Below are positions 30,001-45,000 of a stretch of 64,000 bases of DNA, in pieces. Origin of the DNA: Eledone cirrhosa (Eukaryota); NCBI GenBank assembly GCA_964016885.1, contig OZ024757.1, positions 11,036,001 to 11,100,000 on the forward strand, written 5' to 3'. The stretch's first letter is position 1. Each line of letters opens with the position of its first letter. The position numbers were made by a program, and so were the translations under genes. The notes beneath the pieces were generated by a model. It saw only the letters and a list, made by a program, of their open reading frames with translations, made no database searches and was not told the DNA's origin.

Positions 30001-33000
30001 CGAGAGCTAACAACTGATGCAGGTAGTTTGTTCCATGGAGGTTTTAAAGGATGCAGTGTCCCAACAGCTAACAACTGATGCAGGGAGTTTGTTCCATGGA
30101 GGTTTTAAAGGATGCAGTGTCTCGACAGCTAACAACTGATGCAGGTAGTTTGTTCCATGCAGATTTTAAAGGATGCAGTGTCTCGAGAGCTAACAACTGA
30201 TGCAGGTAGTTTGTTCCATGGAGGTTTTAAAGGATGCAGTGTCCCAACAGCTAACAACTGATGCAGGGAGTTTGTTCCATGGAGGTTTTAAAGGATGCAG
30301 TGTCTTGACAGCTAACAAATGATGCAGGTAGTTTGTTCCATGGAGATTTGAAAGGATTCAGTGTCCCAACAGCTAACAACTGATGCAGGGAGTTTGTTCC
30401 ATGGAGGTTTTAAAGGATGCAGTGTCCCGACAGCTAACAACTGATGCAGGTAGTTTGTTCCATGGAGGTTTTAAAGGATGCAGTGTCTCGACAGCTAACA
30501 ACTGATGCAGGTAGTTTGTTCCATGGAGGTTTTAAAGGATGCAGTGTCCCGACAGCTAACATCTGATGCAGGTAGTTTGTTCCATGGAGGTTTTAAAGGA
30601 TCCAGTGTCTCGACAGCTAAAAACTGATGCAGTTAGTTTGTTCCATGGAGGTTTTAAAAGATGCAGCATCTCAACAGCTAACTACTGATGCAGGTAATTT
30701 GTTCCATGGAGGTTTTAAAGGATGCAGTGTCTCAACAGCTAACAACTGATGCAGGTAGTTTGTTCCATGGAGGGTTTAAAGGATGCAGTGTCTCGACAGC
30801 TAACAACTGATGCAGGTAGTTTGTTCCATGGAGGTTTTAAAGGATGCAGCGTCCCGACAGCTAACAACTGATGCAGGTAGTTTGTTCCATGGAGGTTTTA
30901 AAAGATGCAGCATCTCAACAGCTAACTACTAATGCAGGTAATTTGTTCCATGGAGGTTTTAAAGGATGCAGCGTCCCGACAGCTAACAACTGATGCAGGT
31001 AGTTTGTTCCATGGAGGTTTTAAAGGATGCAGTGTCTCGACAGCTAACAACTGAAGCAGGTAGTTTGTTCCATGGAGATTTTAAAGGATGCAGTGTCCTG
31101 ACAGCTAACAACTGATGCAGGTAGTTTGTTCCATGGAGGTTTTAAAGGATGCAGCGTCCCGACAGCTAACAACTGATGCAGGTAGTTTGTTCCATGGAGA
31201 TTTTAAAGGATGCAGTGTCTCGAGAGCTAACAACTGATGCAGGTAGTTTGTTCCATGGAGGTTTTAAGGGATACAGTGTCTCGACAACTAACAACTGATG
31301 CAGGTAATTTGTTCCATGGAGGTTTTAAAAGATGCAGCATCTCAACAGCTAACTACTGATGCAGGTAATTTGTTCCATGGAGGTTTTAAAGGATGCAGCG
31401 TCCCGACAGCTAAAACAACTGATGCAGATATGGTAGTTTGTTCCATGGAGGTTTTAAAGGATGCAGTGTCTCGACAGCTAACAACTGATGCAGGTAGGCT
31501 TGTTCTGTTCCATGGAGGTTTTAAAGGATGCAGTGTCTCGACAGCTAACAACTGATGCAGGCAGTTTGTTCCATGGAGGTTTTAAGGGATACAGTGTCTC
31601 GACAGCTAACAACTGATGCAGGTAGTTTGTTCCATGGAGGTTTTAAAGGATGCAGTGTCTCAACAGCTAACAACTGATGCAGGTAGTTTGTTCCATGGAG
31701 GTTTTAAAGGATGCAGTGTCTCGACAGCTAACAACTGATGCAGGTAGTTTGTTCCATGGAGGTTTTAAAGGATGCAGTGTCTCGACAGCTAACAACTGAT
31801 GCAGGCAATTTGTTCCATGGAGGTTTTAAAGGATGCAGTGTCTCAACAGCTAACAACTGATGCAGGTAGTTTGTTCCATGGAGGTTTTAAAGGATGCAGT
31901 GTCCTGACAGCTAACAAATGATGCAGGTAGTTTGTTCCATGGAGATTTTAAAGGATGCAGTGTCCCAACAGCTAACAACTGATGCAGGGAGTTTCTTCCA
32001 TGGAGGTTTTAAAGGATGCAGTGTCCCGACAGCTAACAACTGATGCAGGTAGTTTGTTCCATGGAGGTTTTAAAGGATGCAGTGTCTCGACAGCTAACAA
32101 CTGATGCAGGTAGTTTGTTCCATGGTGGTTTTAAAGGATGCAGTGTCCCGACAGCTAACAACTAATGCAGGTAGTTTGTTCCATGGAGGTTTTAAAGGAT
32201 CCAGTGTCTCGACAGCTAAAAACTGATGCAGGTAGTTTGTTCCATGGAGGTTTTAAAAGATGCAGCATCTCAACAGCTAACTACTGATGCAGGTAATTTG
32301 TTCCATGGAGGTTTTAAAGGATGCAGTGTCCCAACAGCTAACAACTGATGCAGGGAGTTTCTTCCATGGAGGTTTTAAAGGATGCAGTGTCCCGACAGCT
32401 AACAACTGATGCAGGTAGTTTGTTCCATGGAGGTTTTAAAGGATGCAGTGTCCCGACAGCTAACAACTGATGCAGGTAGTTTGTTCCATGGAGGTTTTAA
32501 AGGATCCAGTGTCTCGACAGCTAAAAACTGATGCAGTTAGTTTGTTCCATGGAGGTTTTAAAAGATGCAGCATCTCAACAGCTAACTACTGATGCAGGTA
32601 ATTTGTTCCATGGAGGTTTTAAAGGATGCAGTGTCCCAACAGCTAACAACTGATGCAGGTAGTTTGTTCCATGGAGGTTTTAAAGGATGCAGCGTCCCGA
32701 CAGCTAACAACTGAAGCAGGTAGTTTGTTCCATGGAGGTTTTAAAGGATGCAGTGTCTCGACAGCTAACAACTGATGCAGGTAGTTTGTTCCATGGAGGT
32801 TTTAAAGGATGCAGTGTCTTGACAGCTAACAAATGATGCAGGTAGTTTGTTCCATGGAGATTTTAAAGGATGCAGTGTCTCGAGAGCTAACAACTGTTGC
32901 AGGTAGTTTGTTCCATGGAGGTTTTAAAGGATGCAGTGTCTCGACAGCTAATAACTGATGCAGGTAGTTTGTTCCATGGAGGTTTTAAAGGATGCAGTGT

Positions 33001-36000
33001 CCCGACAGCTAACAACTAATGCAGGTAGTTTGTTCCATGGAGGTTTTAAAGGATCCAGTGTCTCGACAGCTAAAAACTGATGCAGGTAGTTTGTTCCATG
33101 GAGGTTTTAAAAGATGCAGCATCTCAACAGCTAACTACTGATGCAGGTAATTTGTTCCATGGAGGTTTTAAAGGATGCAGCGTCCCGACAGCTAACAACT
33201 GATGCAGGTAGTTTGTTCCATGGAGGTTTTAAAGGATGCAGTGTCTCGACAGCTAACAACTGATGCTGGTAGGGTAGTTTGTTCCATGGAGGTTTTAAAG
33301 GATGCAGTGTCTCGACAGCTAAAAACTGATGCAGGTAGGCTTGTTCTGTTCCATGGAGGTTTTAAAGGATGCAGTGTCTCGACAGCTAACCACTGAATCA
33401 GGTAGTTTGTTCCATGGAGGTTTTAAGGGATACAGTGTCTCGACAGCTAACAACTGATGCAGGTAATTTGTTCCATGGAGGTTTTAAAGGATGCAGCGTC
33501 CCGACAGCTAACAACTGATGCAGGTAGTTTGTTCCATGTAGGTTTTAATGGATGCAGTGTCTCGAGAGCTAACAACTGATGCAGGGAGTTTGTTCCATGG
33601 AGATTTGAAAGGATGCAGTGTCCCAACAGCTAACAACTGATGCAGGGAGTTTGTTCCATGGAGGTTTTAAAGGATGCAGTGTCCCGACAGCTAACAACTG
33701 ATGCAGGTAGTTTGTTCCATGGAGGTTTTAAAGGATGCAGTGTCTCGACAGCTAACAACTGATGCAGGTAGTTTGTTCCATGGAGGTTTTAAAGGATGCA
33801 GTGTCCCAACAGCTAACAACTGATGCAGGTAGTTTGTTCCATGGAGGTTTTAAAGGATCCAGTGTCTCGACAGCTAAAAACTGATGCAGTTAGTTTGTTC
33901 CATGGAGGTTTTAAAAGATGCAGCATCTCAACAGCTAACTACTGATGCAGGTAATTTGTTCCATGGAGGTTTTAAAGGATGCAGTGTCTCAACAGCTAAC
34001 AACTGATACAGGTAGTTTGTTCCATGGAGGGTTTAAAGGATGCAGTGTCTCGACAGCTAACAACTGATGCAGGTAGTTTGTTCCATGGAGGTTTTAAAGG
34101 ATGCATTGTCCTGACAGCTAACAACTGATGCAGGTAGTTTGTTCCATGGAGGTTTTAAAGGATCCAGTGTCTCGACAGCTAAAAACTGATGCAGGTAGTT
34201 TGTTCCATGGAGGTTTTAAAGGATGCAGCATCCCGACAGCTAACAACTGATGCAGGTAGTTTGTTCCATGGAGGTTTTAAAAGATGCAGCATCTCAACAG
34301 CTAACTACTGATGCAGGTAATTTGTTCCATGGAGGTTTTAAAGGATGCAGCGTCCCGACAGCTAACAACTGATGCAGGTAGTTTGTTCCATGGAGGTTTT
34401 AAAGGATGCAGCGTCCCGACAGCTAACAACTGATGCAGGTAGTTTGTTCCATGGAGGTTTTAAAGGATGCAGCGTCCCGACAGCTAACAACTGATGCAGG
34501 TAGTTTGTTCCATGTAGGTTTTAATGGATGCAGTGTCTCGAGAGCTAACAACTGATGCAGGTAGTTTGTTCCATGGAGGTTTTAAAGGATGCAGTGTCTC
34601 GACAGCTAACAACTGATGCAGGTAGTTTGTTCCATGGAGATTTTAAAGGATGCAGTGTCTCGAGAGCTAACAACTGATGCAGGTAGTTTGTTCCATGGAG
34701 GTTTTAAAGGATGCAGTGTCCCAACAGCTAACAACTGATGCAGGGAGTTTGTTCCATGGAGGTTTTAAAGGATGCAGTGTCTTGACAGCTAACAAATGAT
34801 GCAGGTAGTTTGTTCCATGGAGGTTTTAAAGGATGCAGTGTCTCGACAGCTAACAACTGATGCAGGTAGTTTGTTCCATGGAGGTTTTAAAGGATGCAGT
34901 GTCCCGACAGCTAACAACTGATGCAGGTAGTTTGTTCCATGGAGGTTTTAAAGGATCCAGTGTCTCGACAGCTAAAAACTGATGCAGTTAGTTTGTTCCA
35001 TGGAGGTTTTAAAAGATGCAGCATCTCAACAGCTAACTACTGATGCAGGTAATTTGTTCCATGGAGGTTTTAAAGGATGCAGTGTCTCAACAGCTAACAA
35101 CTGATGCAGGTAGTTTGTTCCATGGAGGGTTTAAAGGATGCAGTGTCTCGACAGCTAACAACTGATGCAGGTAGTTTGTTCCATGGAGGTTTTAAAGGAT
35201 GCATTGTCCTGACAGCTAACAACTGATGCAGGTAGTTTGTTCCATGGAGGTTTTAAAGGATCCAGTGTCTCGACAGTTAAAAACTGATGCAGGTAGTTTG
35301 TTCCATGGAGGTTTTAAAGGATGCAGCGTCCCGACAGCTAACAACTGATGCAGGTAGTTTGTTCCATGGAGGTTTTAAAAGATGCAGCATCTCAACAGCT
35401 AACTACTAATGCAGGTAATTTGTTCCATGGAGGTTTTAAAGGATGCAGCGTCCCGACAGCTAACAACTGAAGCAGGTAGTTTGTTCCATGGAGATTTTAA
35501 AGGATGCAGTGTCCTGACAGCTAACAACTGATGCAGGTAGTTTGTTCCATGGAGGTTTTAAAGGATGCAGCGTCCCGACAGCTAACAACTGATGCAGGTA
35601 GTTTGTTCCATGGAGGTTTTAAAGGATGCAGTGTCTCGAGAGCTAACAACTGATGCAGGTAGTTTGTTCCATGGAGGTTTTAAGGGATACAGTGTCTCGA
35701 CAACTAACATCTGATGCAGGTAATTTGTTCCATGGAGGTTTTAAAAGATGCAGCATCTCAACAGCTAACTACTGATGCAGGTAATTTGTTCCATGGAGGT
35801 TTTAAAGGATGCAGCGTCCCGACAGCTAAAACAACTGATGCAGGTATGGTAGTTTGTTCCATGGAGGTTTTAAAGGATGCAGTGTCTCGACAGCTAACAA
35901 CTGATGCAGGTAGGCTTGTTCTGTTCCATGGAGGTTTTAAAGGATGCAGTGTCTCGACAGCTAACAACTGATGCAGGCAGTTTGTTCCATGGAGGTTTTA

Positions 36001-39000
36001 AGGGATACAGTGTCTCGACAGCTAACAACTGATGCAGGTAGTTTGTTCCATGGAGGTTTTAAAGGATGCAGTGTCTCAACAGCTAACAACTGATGCAGGT
36101 AGTTTGTTCCATGGAGGTTTTAAAGGATGCAGTGTCTCGACAGCTAACAACTGATGCAGGTAGTTTGTTCCATGGAGGTTTTAAAGGATGCAGTGTCTCG
36201 ACAGCTAACAACTGATGCAGGCAATTTGTTCCATGGAGGTTTTAAAGGATGCAGTGTCTCAACAGCTAACAACTGATGCAGGTAGTTTGTTCCATGGAGG
36301 TTTTAAAGGATGCAGTGTCCCGACAGCTAACAAATGATGCAGGTAGTTTGTTCCATGGAGATTTTAAAGGATGCAGTGTCCCAACAGCTAACAACTGATG
36401 CAGGGAGTTTCTTCCATGGAGGTTTTAAAGGATGCAGTGTCCCGACAGCTAACAACTGATGCAGGTAGTTTGTTCCATGGAGGTTTTAAAGGATGCAGTG
36501 TCTCGACAGCTAACAACTGATGCAGGTAGTTTGTTCCATGGTGGTTTTAAAGGATGCAGTGTCCCGACAGCTAACAACTAATGCAGGTAGTTTGTTCCAT
36601 GGAGGTTTTAAAGGATCCAGTGTCTCGACAGCTAAAAACTGATGCAGGTAGTTTGTTCCATGGAGGTTTTAAAAGATGCAGCATCTCAACAGCTAACTAC
36701 TGATGCAGGTAATTTGTTCCATGGAGGTTTTAAAGGATGCAGTGTCCCAACAGCTAACAACTGATGCAGGGAGTTTCTTCCATGGAGGTTTTAAAGGATG
36801 CAGTGTCCCGACAGCTAACAACTGATGCAGGTAGTTTGTTCCATGGAGGTTTTAAAGGATGCAGTGTCTCGACAGCTAACAACTGATGCAGGTAGTTTGT
36901 TCCATGGTGGTTTTAAAGGATGCAGTGTCCCGACAGCTAACAACTAATGCAGGTAGTTTGTTCCATGGAGGTTTTAAAGGATCCAGTGTCTCGACAGCTA
37001 AAAACTGATGCAGGTAGTTTGTTCCATGGAGGTTTTAAAGGATGCAGCGTCCCGACAGCTAACAACTGAAGCAGGTAATTTGTTCCATGGAGGTTTTAAA
37101 GGATGCAGCGTCCCGACAGCTAACAACTGATGCAGGTAGTTTGTTCCATGGAGGTTTTAAAGGATGCAGTGTCTCGACAGCTAACAACTGATGCTGGTAG
37201 GGTAGTTTGTTCCATGGAGGTTTTAAAGGATGCAGTGTCTCGACAGCTAAAAACTGATGCAGGTAGGCTTGTTCTGTTCCATGGAGGTTTTAAAGGATGC
37301 AGTGTCTCGACAGCTAACCACTGAATCAGGTAGTTTGTTCCATGGAGGTTTTAAGGGATACAGCGTCTCGACAGCTAACAACTGATGCAGGTAATTTGTT
37401 CCATGGAGGTTTTAAAGGATGCAGCGTCCCGACAGCTAACAACTGATGCAGGTAGTTTGTTCCATGTAGGTTTTAATGGATGCAGTGTCTCGAGAGCTAA
37501 CAACTGATGCAGGGAGTTTGTTCCATGGAGATTTGAAAGGATGCAGTGTCCCAACAGCTAACAACTGATGCAGGGAGTTTGTTCCATGGAGGTTTTAAAG
37601 GATGCAGTGTCCCGACAGCTAACAACTGATGCAGGTAGTTTGTTCCATGGAGGTTTTAAAGGATGCAGTGTCTCGACAGCTAACAACTGATGCAGGTAGT
37701 TTGTTCCATGGAGGTTTTAAAGGATGCAGTGTCCCAACAGCTAACAACTGATGCAGGTAGTTTGTTCCATGGAGGTTTTAAAGGATCCAGTGTCTCGACA
37801 GCTAAAAACTGATGCAGTTAGTTTGTTCCATGGAGGTTTTAAAAGATGCAGCATCTCAACAGCTAACTACTGATGCAGGTAATTTGTTCCATGGAGGTTT
37901 TAAAGGATGCAGTGTCTCAACAGCTAACAACTGATACAGGTAGTTTGTTCCATGGAGGGTTTAAAGGATGCAGTGTCTCGACAGCTAACAACTGATGCAG
38001 GTAGTTTGTTCCATGGAGGTTTTAAAGGATGCATTGTCCTGACAGCTAACAACTGATGCAGGTAGTTTGTTCCATGGAGGTTTTAAAGGATCCAGTGTCT
38101 CGACAGCTAAAAACTGATGCAGGTAGTTTGTTCCATGGAGGTTTTAAAGGATGCAGCATCCCGACAGCTAACAACTGATGCAGGTAGTTTGTTCCATGGA
38201 GGTTTTAAAAGATGCAGCATCTCAACAGCTAACTACTGATGCAGGTAATTTGTTCCATGGAGGTTTTAAAGGATGCAGCGTCCCGACAGCTAACAACTGA
38301 TGCAGGTAGTTTGTTCCATGGAGGTTTTAAAGGATGCAGCGTCCCGACAGCTAACAACTGATGCAGGTAGTTTGTTCCATGGAGGTTTTAAAGGATGCAG
38401 CGTCCCGACAGCTAACAACTGATGCAGGTAGTTTGTTCCATGTAGGTTTTAATGGATGCAGTGTCTCGAGAGCTAACAACTGATGCAGGTAGTTTGTTCC
38501 ATGGAGGTTTTAAAGGATGCAGTGTCTCGACAGCTAACAACTGATGCAGGTAGTTTGTTCCATGGAGATTTTAAAGGATGCAGTGTCTCGAGAGCTAACA
38601 ACTGATGCAGGTAGTTTGTTCCATGGAGGTTTTAAAGGATGCAGTGTCCCAACAGCTAACAACTGATGCAGGGAGTTTGTTCCATGGAGGTTTTAAAGGA
38701 TGCAGTGTCTTGACAGCTAACAAATGATGCAGGTAGTTTGTTCCATGGAGGTTTTAAAGGATGCAGTGTCTCGACAGCTAACAACTGATGCAGGTAGTTT
38801 GTTCCATGGAGGTTTTAAAGGATGCAGTGTCCCGACAGCTAACAACTGATGCAGGTAGTTTGTTCCATGGAGGTTTTAAAGGATCCAGTGTCTCGACAGC
38901 TAAAAACTGATGCAGTTAGTTTGTTCCATGGAGGTTTTAAAAGATGCAGCATCTCAACAGCTAACTACTGATGCAGGTAATTTGTTCCATGGAGGTTTTA

Positions 39001-42000
39001 AAGGATGCAGTGTCTCAACAGCTAACAACTGATGCAGGTAGTTTGTTCCATGGAGGGTTTAAAGGATGCAGTGTCTCGACAGCTAACAACTGATGCAGGT
39101 AGTTTGTTCCATGGAGGTTTTAAAGGATGCATTGTCCTGACAGCTAACAACTGATGCAGGTAGTTTGTTCTATGGAGGTTTTAAAGGATCCAGTGTCTCG
39201 ACAGTTAAAAACTGATGCAGGTAGTTTGTTCCATGGAGGTTTTAAAGGATGCAGCGTCCCGACAGCTAACAACTGATGCAGGTAGTTTGTTCCATGGAGG
39301 TTTTAAAAGATGCAGCATCTCAACAGCTAACTACTAATGCAGGTAATTTGTTCCATGGAGGTTTTAAAGGATGCAGCGTCCCGACAGCTAACAACTGAAG
39401 CAGGTAGTTTGTTCCATGGAGATTTTAAAGGATGCAGTGTCCTGACAGCTAACAACTGATGCAGGTAGTTTGTTCCATGGAGGTTTTAAAGGATGCAGCG
39501 TCCCGACAGCTAACAACTGATGCAGGTAGTTTGTTCCATGGAGGTTTTAAAGGATGCAGTGTCTCGAGAGCTAACAACTGATGCAGGTAGTTTGTTCCAT
39601 GGAGGTTTTAAGGGATACAGTGTCTCGACAACTAACAACTGATGCAGGTAATTTGTTCCATGGAGGTTTTAAAAGATGCAGCATCTCAACAGCTAACTAC
39701 TGATGCAGGTAATTTGTTCCATGGAGGTTTTAAAGGATGCAGCGTCCTGACAGCTAAAACAACTGATGCAGGTATGGTAGTTTGTTCCATGGAGGTTTTA
39801 AAGGATGCAGTGTCTCGACAGCTAACAACTGATGCAGGTAGGCTTGTTCTGTTCCATGGAGGTTTTAAAGGATGCAGTGTCTCGACAGCTAACAACTGAT
39901 GCAGGCAGTTTGTTCCATGGAGGTTTTAAGGGATACAGTGTCTCGACAGCTAACAACTGATGCAGGTAGTTTGTTCCATGGAGGTTTTAAAGGATGCAGT
40001 GTCTCAACAGCTAACAACTGATGCAGGTAGTTTGTTCCATGGAGGTTTTAAAGGATGCAGTGTCTCGACAGCTAACAACTGATGCAGGTAGTTTGTTCCA
40101 TGGAGGTTTTAAAGGATGCAGTGTCTCGACAGCTAACAACTGATGCAGGCAATTTGTTCCATGGAGGTTTTAAAGGATGCAGTGTCTCAACAGCTAACAA
40201 CTGATGCAGGTAGTTTGTTCCATGGAGGTTTTAAAGGATGCAGTGTCCCGACAGCTAACAAATGATGCAGGTAGTTTGTTCCATGGAGATTTTAAAGGAT
40301 GCAGTGTCCCAACAGCTAACAACTGATGCAGGGAGTTTCTTCCATGGAGGTTTTAAAGGATGCAGTGTCCCGACAGCTAACAACTGATGCAGGTAGTTTG
40401 TTCCATGGAGGTTTTAAAGGATGCAGTGTCTCGACAGCTAACAACTGATGCAGGTAGTTTGTTCCATGGTGGTTTTAAAGGATGCAGTGTCCCGACAGCT
40501 AACAACTAATGCAGGTAGTTTGTTCCATGGAGGTTTTAAAGGATCCAGTGTCTCGACAGCTAAAAACTGATGCAGGTAGTTTGTTCCATGGAGGTTTTAA
40601 AAGATGCAGCATCTCAACAGCTAACTACTGATGCAGGTAATTTGTTCCATGGAGGTTTTAAAGGATGCAGTGTCCCAACAGCTAACAACTGATGCAGGGA
40701 GTTTCTTCCATGGAGGTTTTAAAGGATGCAGTGTCCCGACAGCTAACAACTGATGCAGGTAGTTTGTTCCATGGAGGTTTTAAAGGATGCAGTGTCTCGA
40801 CAGCTAACAACTGATGCAGGTAGTTTGTTCCATGGTGGTTTTAAAGGATGCAGTGTCCCGACAGCTAACAACTAATGCAGGTAGTTTGTTCCATGGAGGT
40901 TTTAAAGGATCCAGTGTCTCGACAGCTAAAAACTGATGCAGGTAGTTTGTTCCATGGAGGTTTTAAAGGATGCAGCGTCCCGACAGCTAACAACTGAAGC
41001 AGGTAATTTGTTCCATGGAGGTTTTAAAGGATGCAGCGTCCCGACAGCTAACAACTGATGCAGGTAGTTTGTTCCATGGAGGTTTTAAAGGATGCAGTGT
41101 CTCGACAGCTAACAACTGATGCTGGTAGGGTAGTTTGTTCCATGGAGGTTTTAAAGGATGCAGTGTCTCGACAGCTAAAAACTGATGCAGGTAGGCTTGT
41201 TCTGTTCCATGGAGGTTTTAAAGGATGCAGTGTCTCGACAGCTAACCACTGAATCAGGTAGTTTGTTCCATGGAGGTTTTAAGGGATACAGTGTCTCGAC
41301 AGCTAACAACTGATGCAGGTAATTTGTTCCATGGAGGTTTTAAAGGATGCAGCGTCCCGACAGCTAACAACTGATGCAGGTAGTTTGTTCCATGTAGGTT
41401 TTAATGGATGCAGTGTCTCGAGAGCTAACAACTGATGCAGGGAGTTTGTTCCATGGAGATTTGAAAGGATGCAGTGTCCCAACAGCTAACAACTGATGCA
41501 GGGAGTTTGTTCCATGGAGGTTTTAAAGGATGCAGTGTCCCGACAGCTAACAACTGATGCAGGTAGTTTGTTCCATGGAGGTTTTAAAGGATGCAGTGTC
41601 TCGACAGCTAACAACTGATGCAGGTAGTTTGTTCCATGGAGGTTTTAAAGGATGCAGTGTCCCAACAGCTAACAACTGATGCAGGTAGTTTGTTCCATGG
41701 AGGTTTTAAAGGATCCAGTGTCTCGACAGCTAAAAACTGATGCAGTTAGTTTGTTCCATGGAGGTTTTAAAAGATGCAGCATCTCAACAGCTAACTACTG
41801 ATGCAGGTAATTTGTTCCATGGAGGTTTTAAAGGATGCAGTGTCTCAACAGCTAACAACTGATACAGGTAGTTTGTTCCATGGAGGGTTTAAAGGATGCA
41901 GTGTCTCGACAGCTAACAACTGATGCAGGTAGTTTGTTCCATGGAGGTTTTAAAGGATGCATTGTCCTGACAGCTAACAACTGATGCAGGTAGTTTGTTC

Positions 42001-45000
42001 CATGGAGGTTTTAAAGGATCCAGTGTCTCGACAGCTAAAAACTGATGCAGGTAGTTTGTTCCATGGAGGTTTTAAAGGATGCAGCATCCCGACAGCTAAC
42101 AACTGATGCAGGTAGTTTGTTCCATGGAGGTTTTAAAAGATGCAGCATCTCAACAGCTAACTACTGATGCAGGTAATTTGTTCCATGGAGGTTTTAAAGG
42201 ATGCAGCGTCCCGACAGCTAACAACTGATGCAGGTAGTTTGTTCCATGGAGGTTTTAAAGGATGCAGCGTCCCGACAGCTAACAACTGATGCAGGTAGTT
42301 TGTTCCATGGAGGTTTTAAAGGATGCAGCGTCCCGACAGCTAACAACTGATGCAGGTAGTTTGTTCCATGTAGGTTTTAATGGATGCAGTGTCTCGAGAG
42401 CTAACAACTGATGCAGGTAGTTTGTTCCATGGAGGTTTTAAAGGATGCAGTGTCTCGACAGCTAACAACTGATGCAGGTAGTTTGTTCCATGGAGATTTT
42501 AAAGGATGCAGTGTCTCGAGAGCTAACAACTGATGCAGGTAGTTTGTTCCATGGAGGTTTTAAAGGATGCAGTGTCCCAACAGCTAACAACTGATGCAGG
42601 GAGTTTGTTCCATGGAGGTTTTAAAGGATGCAGTGTCTTGACAGCTAACAAATGATGCAGGTAGTTTGTTCCATGGAGGTTTTAAAGGATGCAGTGTCTC
42701 GACAGCTAACAACTGATGCAGGTAGTTTGTTCCATGGAGGTTTTAAAGGATGCAGTGTCCCGACAGCTAACAACTGATGCAGGTAGTTTGTTCCATGGAG
42801 GTTTTAAAGGATCCAGTGTCTCGACAGCTAAAAACTGATGCAGTTAGTTTGTTCCATGGAGGTTTTAAAAGATGCAGCATCTCAACAGCTAACTACTGAT
42901 GCAGGTAATTTGTTCCATGGAGGTTTTAAAGGATGCAGTGTCTCAACAGCTAACAACTGATGCAGGTAGTTTGTTCCATGGAGGGTTTAAAGGATGCAGT
43001 GTCTCGACAGCTAACAACTGATGCAGGTAGTTTGTTCCATGGAGGTTTTAAAGGATGCATTGTCCTGACAGCTAACAACTGATGCAGGTAGTTTGTTCTA
43101 TGGAGGTTTTAAAGGATCCAGTGTCTCGACAGTTAAAAACTGATGCAGGTAGTTTGTTCCATGGAGGTTTTAAAGGATGCAGCGTCCCGACAGCTAACAA
43201 CTGATGCAGGTAGTTTGTTCCATGGAGGTTTTAAAAGATGCAGCATCTCAACAGCTAACTACTAATGCAGGTAATTTGTTCCATGGAGGTTTTAAAGGAT
43301 GCAGCGTCCCGACAGCTAACAACTGAAGCAGGTAGTTTGTTCCATGGAGATTTTAAAGGATGCAGTGTCCTGACAGCTAACAACTGATGCAGGTAGTTTG
43401 TTCCATGGAGGTTTTAAAGGATGCAGCGTCCCGACAGCTAACAACTGATGCAGGTAGTTTGTTCCATGGAGGTTTTAAAGGATGCAGTGTCTCGAGAGCT
43501 AACAACTGATGCAGGTAGTTTGTTCCATGGAGGTTTTAAGGGATACAGTGTCTCGACAACTAACAACTGATGCAGGTAATTTGTTCCATGGAGGTTTTAA
43601 AAGATGCAGCATCTCAACAGCTAACTACTGATGCAGGTAATTTGTTCCATGGAGGTTTTAAAGGATGCAGCGTCCTGACAGCTAAAACAACTGATGCAGG
43701 TATGGTAGTTTGTTCCATGGAGGTTTTAAAGGATGCAGTGTCTCGACAGCTAACAACTGATGCAGGTAGGCTTGTTCTGTTCCATGGAGGTTTTAAAGGA
43801 TGCAGTGTCTCGACAGCTAACAACTGATGCAGGCAGTTTGTTCCATGGAGGTTTTAAGGGATACAGTGTCTCGACAGCTAACAACTGATGCAGGTAGTTT
43901 GTTCCATGGAGGTTTTAAAGGATGCAGTGTCTCAACAGCTAACAACTGATGCAGGTAGTTTGTTCCATGGAGGTTTTAAAGGATGCAGTGTCTCGACAGC
44001 TAACAACTGATGCAGGTAGTTTGTTCCATGGAGGTTTTAAAGGATGCAGTGTCTCGACAGCTAACAACTGATGCAGGCAATTTGTTCCATGGAGGTTTTA
44101 AAGGATGCAGTGTCTCAACAGCTAACAACTGATGCAGGTAGTTTGTTCCATGGAGGTTTTAAAGGATGCAGTGTCCCGACAGCTAACAAATGATGCAGGT
44201 AGTTTGTTCCATGGAGATTTTAAAGGATGCAGTGTCCCAACAGCTAACAACTGATGCAGGGAGTTTCTTCCATGGAGGTTTTAAAGGATGCAGTGTCCCG
44301 ACAGCTAACAACTGATGCAGGTAGTTTGTTCCATGGAGGTTTTAAAGGATGCAGTGTCTCGACAGCTAACAACTGATGCAGGTAGTTTGTTCCATGGTGG
44401 TTTTAAAGGATGCAGTGTCCCGACAGCTAACAACTAATGCAGGTAGTTTGTTCCATGGAGGTTTTAAAGGATCCAGTGTCTCGACAGCTAAAAACTGATG
44501 CAGGTAGTTTGTTCCATGGAGGTTTTAAAAGATGCAGCATCTCAACAGCTAACTACTGATGCAGGTAATTTGTTCCATGGAGGTTTTAAAGGATGCAGTG
44601 TCCCAACAGCTAACAACTGATGCAGGGAGTTTCTTCCATGGAGGTTTTAAAGGATGCAGTGTCCCGACAGCTAACAACTGATGCAGGTAGTTTGTTCCAT
44701 GGAGGTTTTAAAGGATGCAGTGTCTCGACAGCTAACAACTGATGCAGGTAGTTTGTTCCATGGTGGTTTTAAAGGATGCAGTGTCCCGACAGCTAACAAC
44801 TAATGCAGGTAGTTTGTTCCATGGAGGTTTTAAAGGATCCAGTGTCTCGACAGCTAAAAACTGATGCAGGTAGTTTGTTCCATGGAGGTTTTAAAGGATG
44901 CAGCGTCCCGACAGCTAACAACTGAAGCAGGTAATTTGTTCCATGGAGGTTTTAAAGGATGCAGCGTCCCGACAGCTAACAACTGATGCAGGTAGTTTGT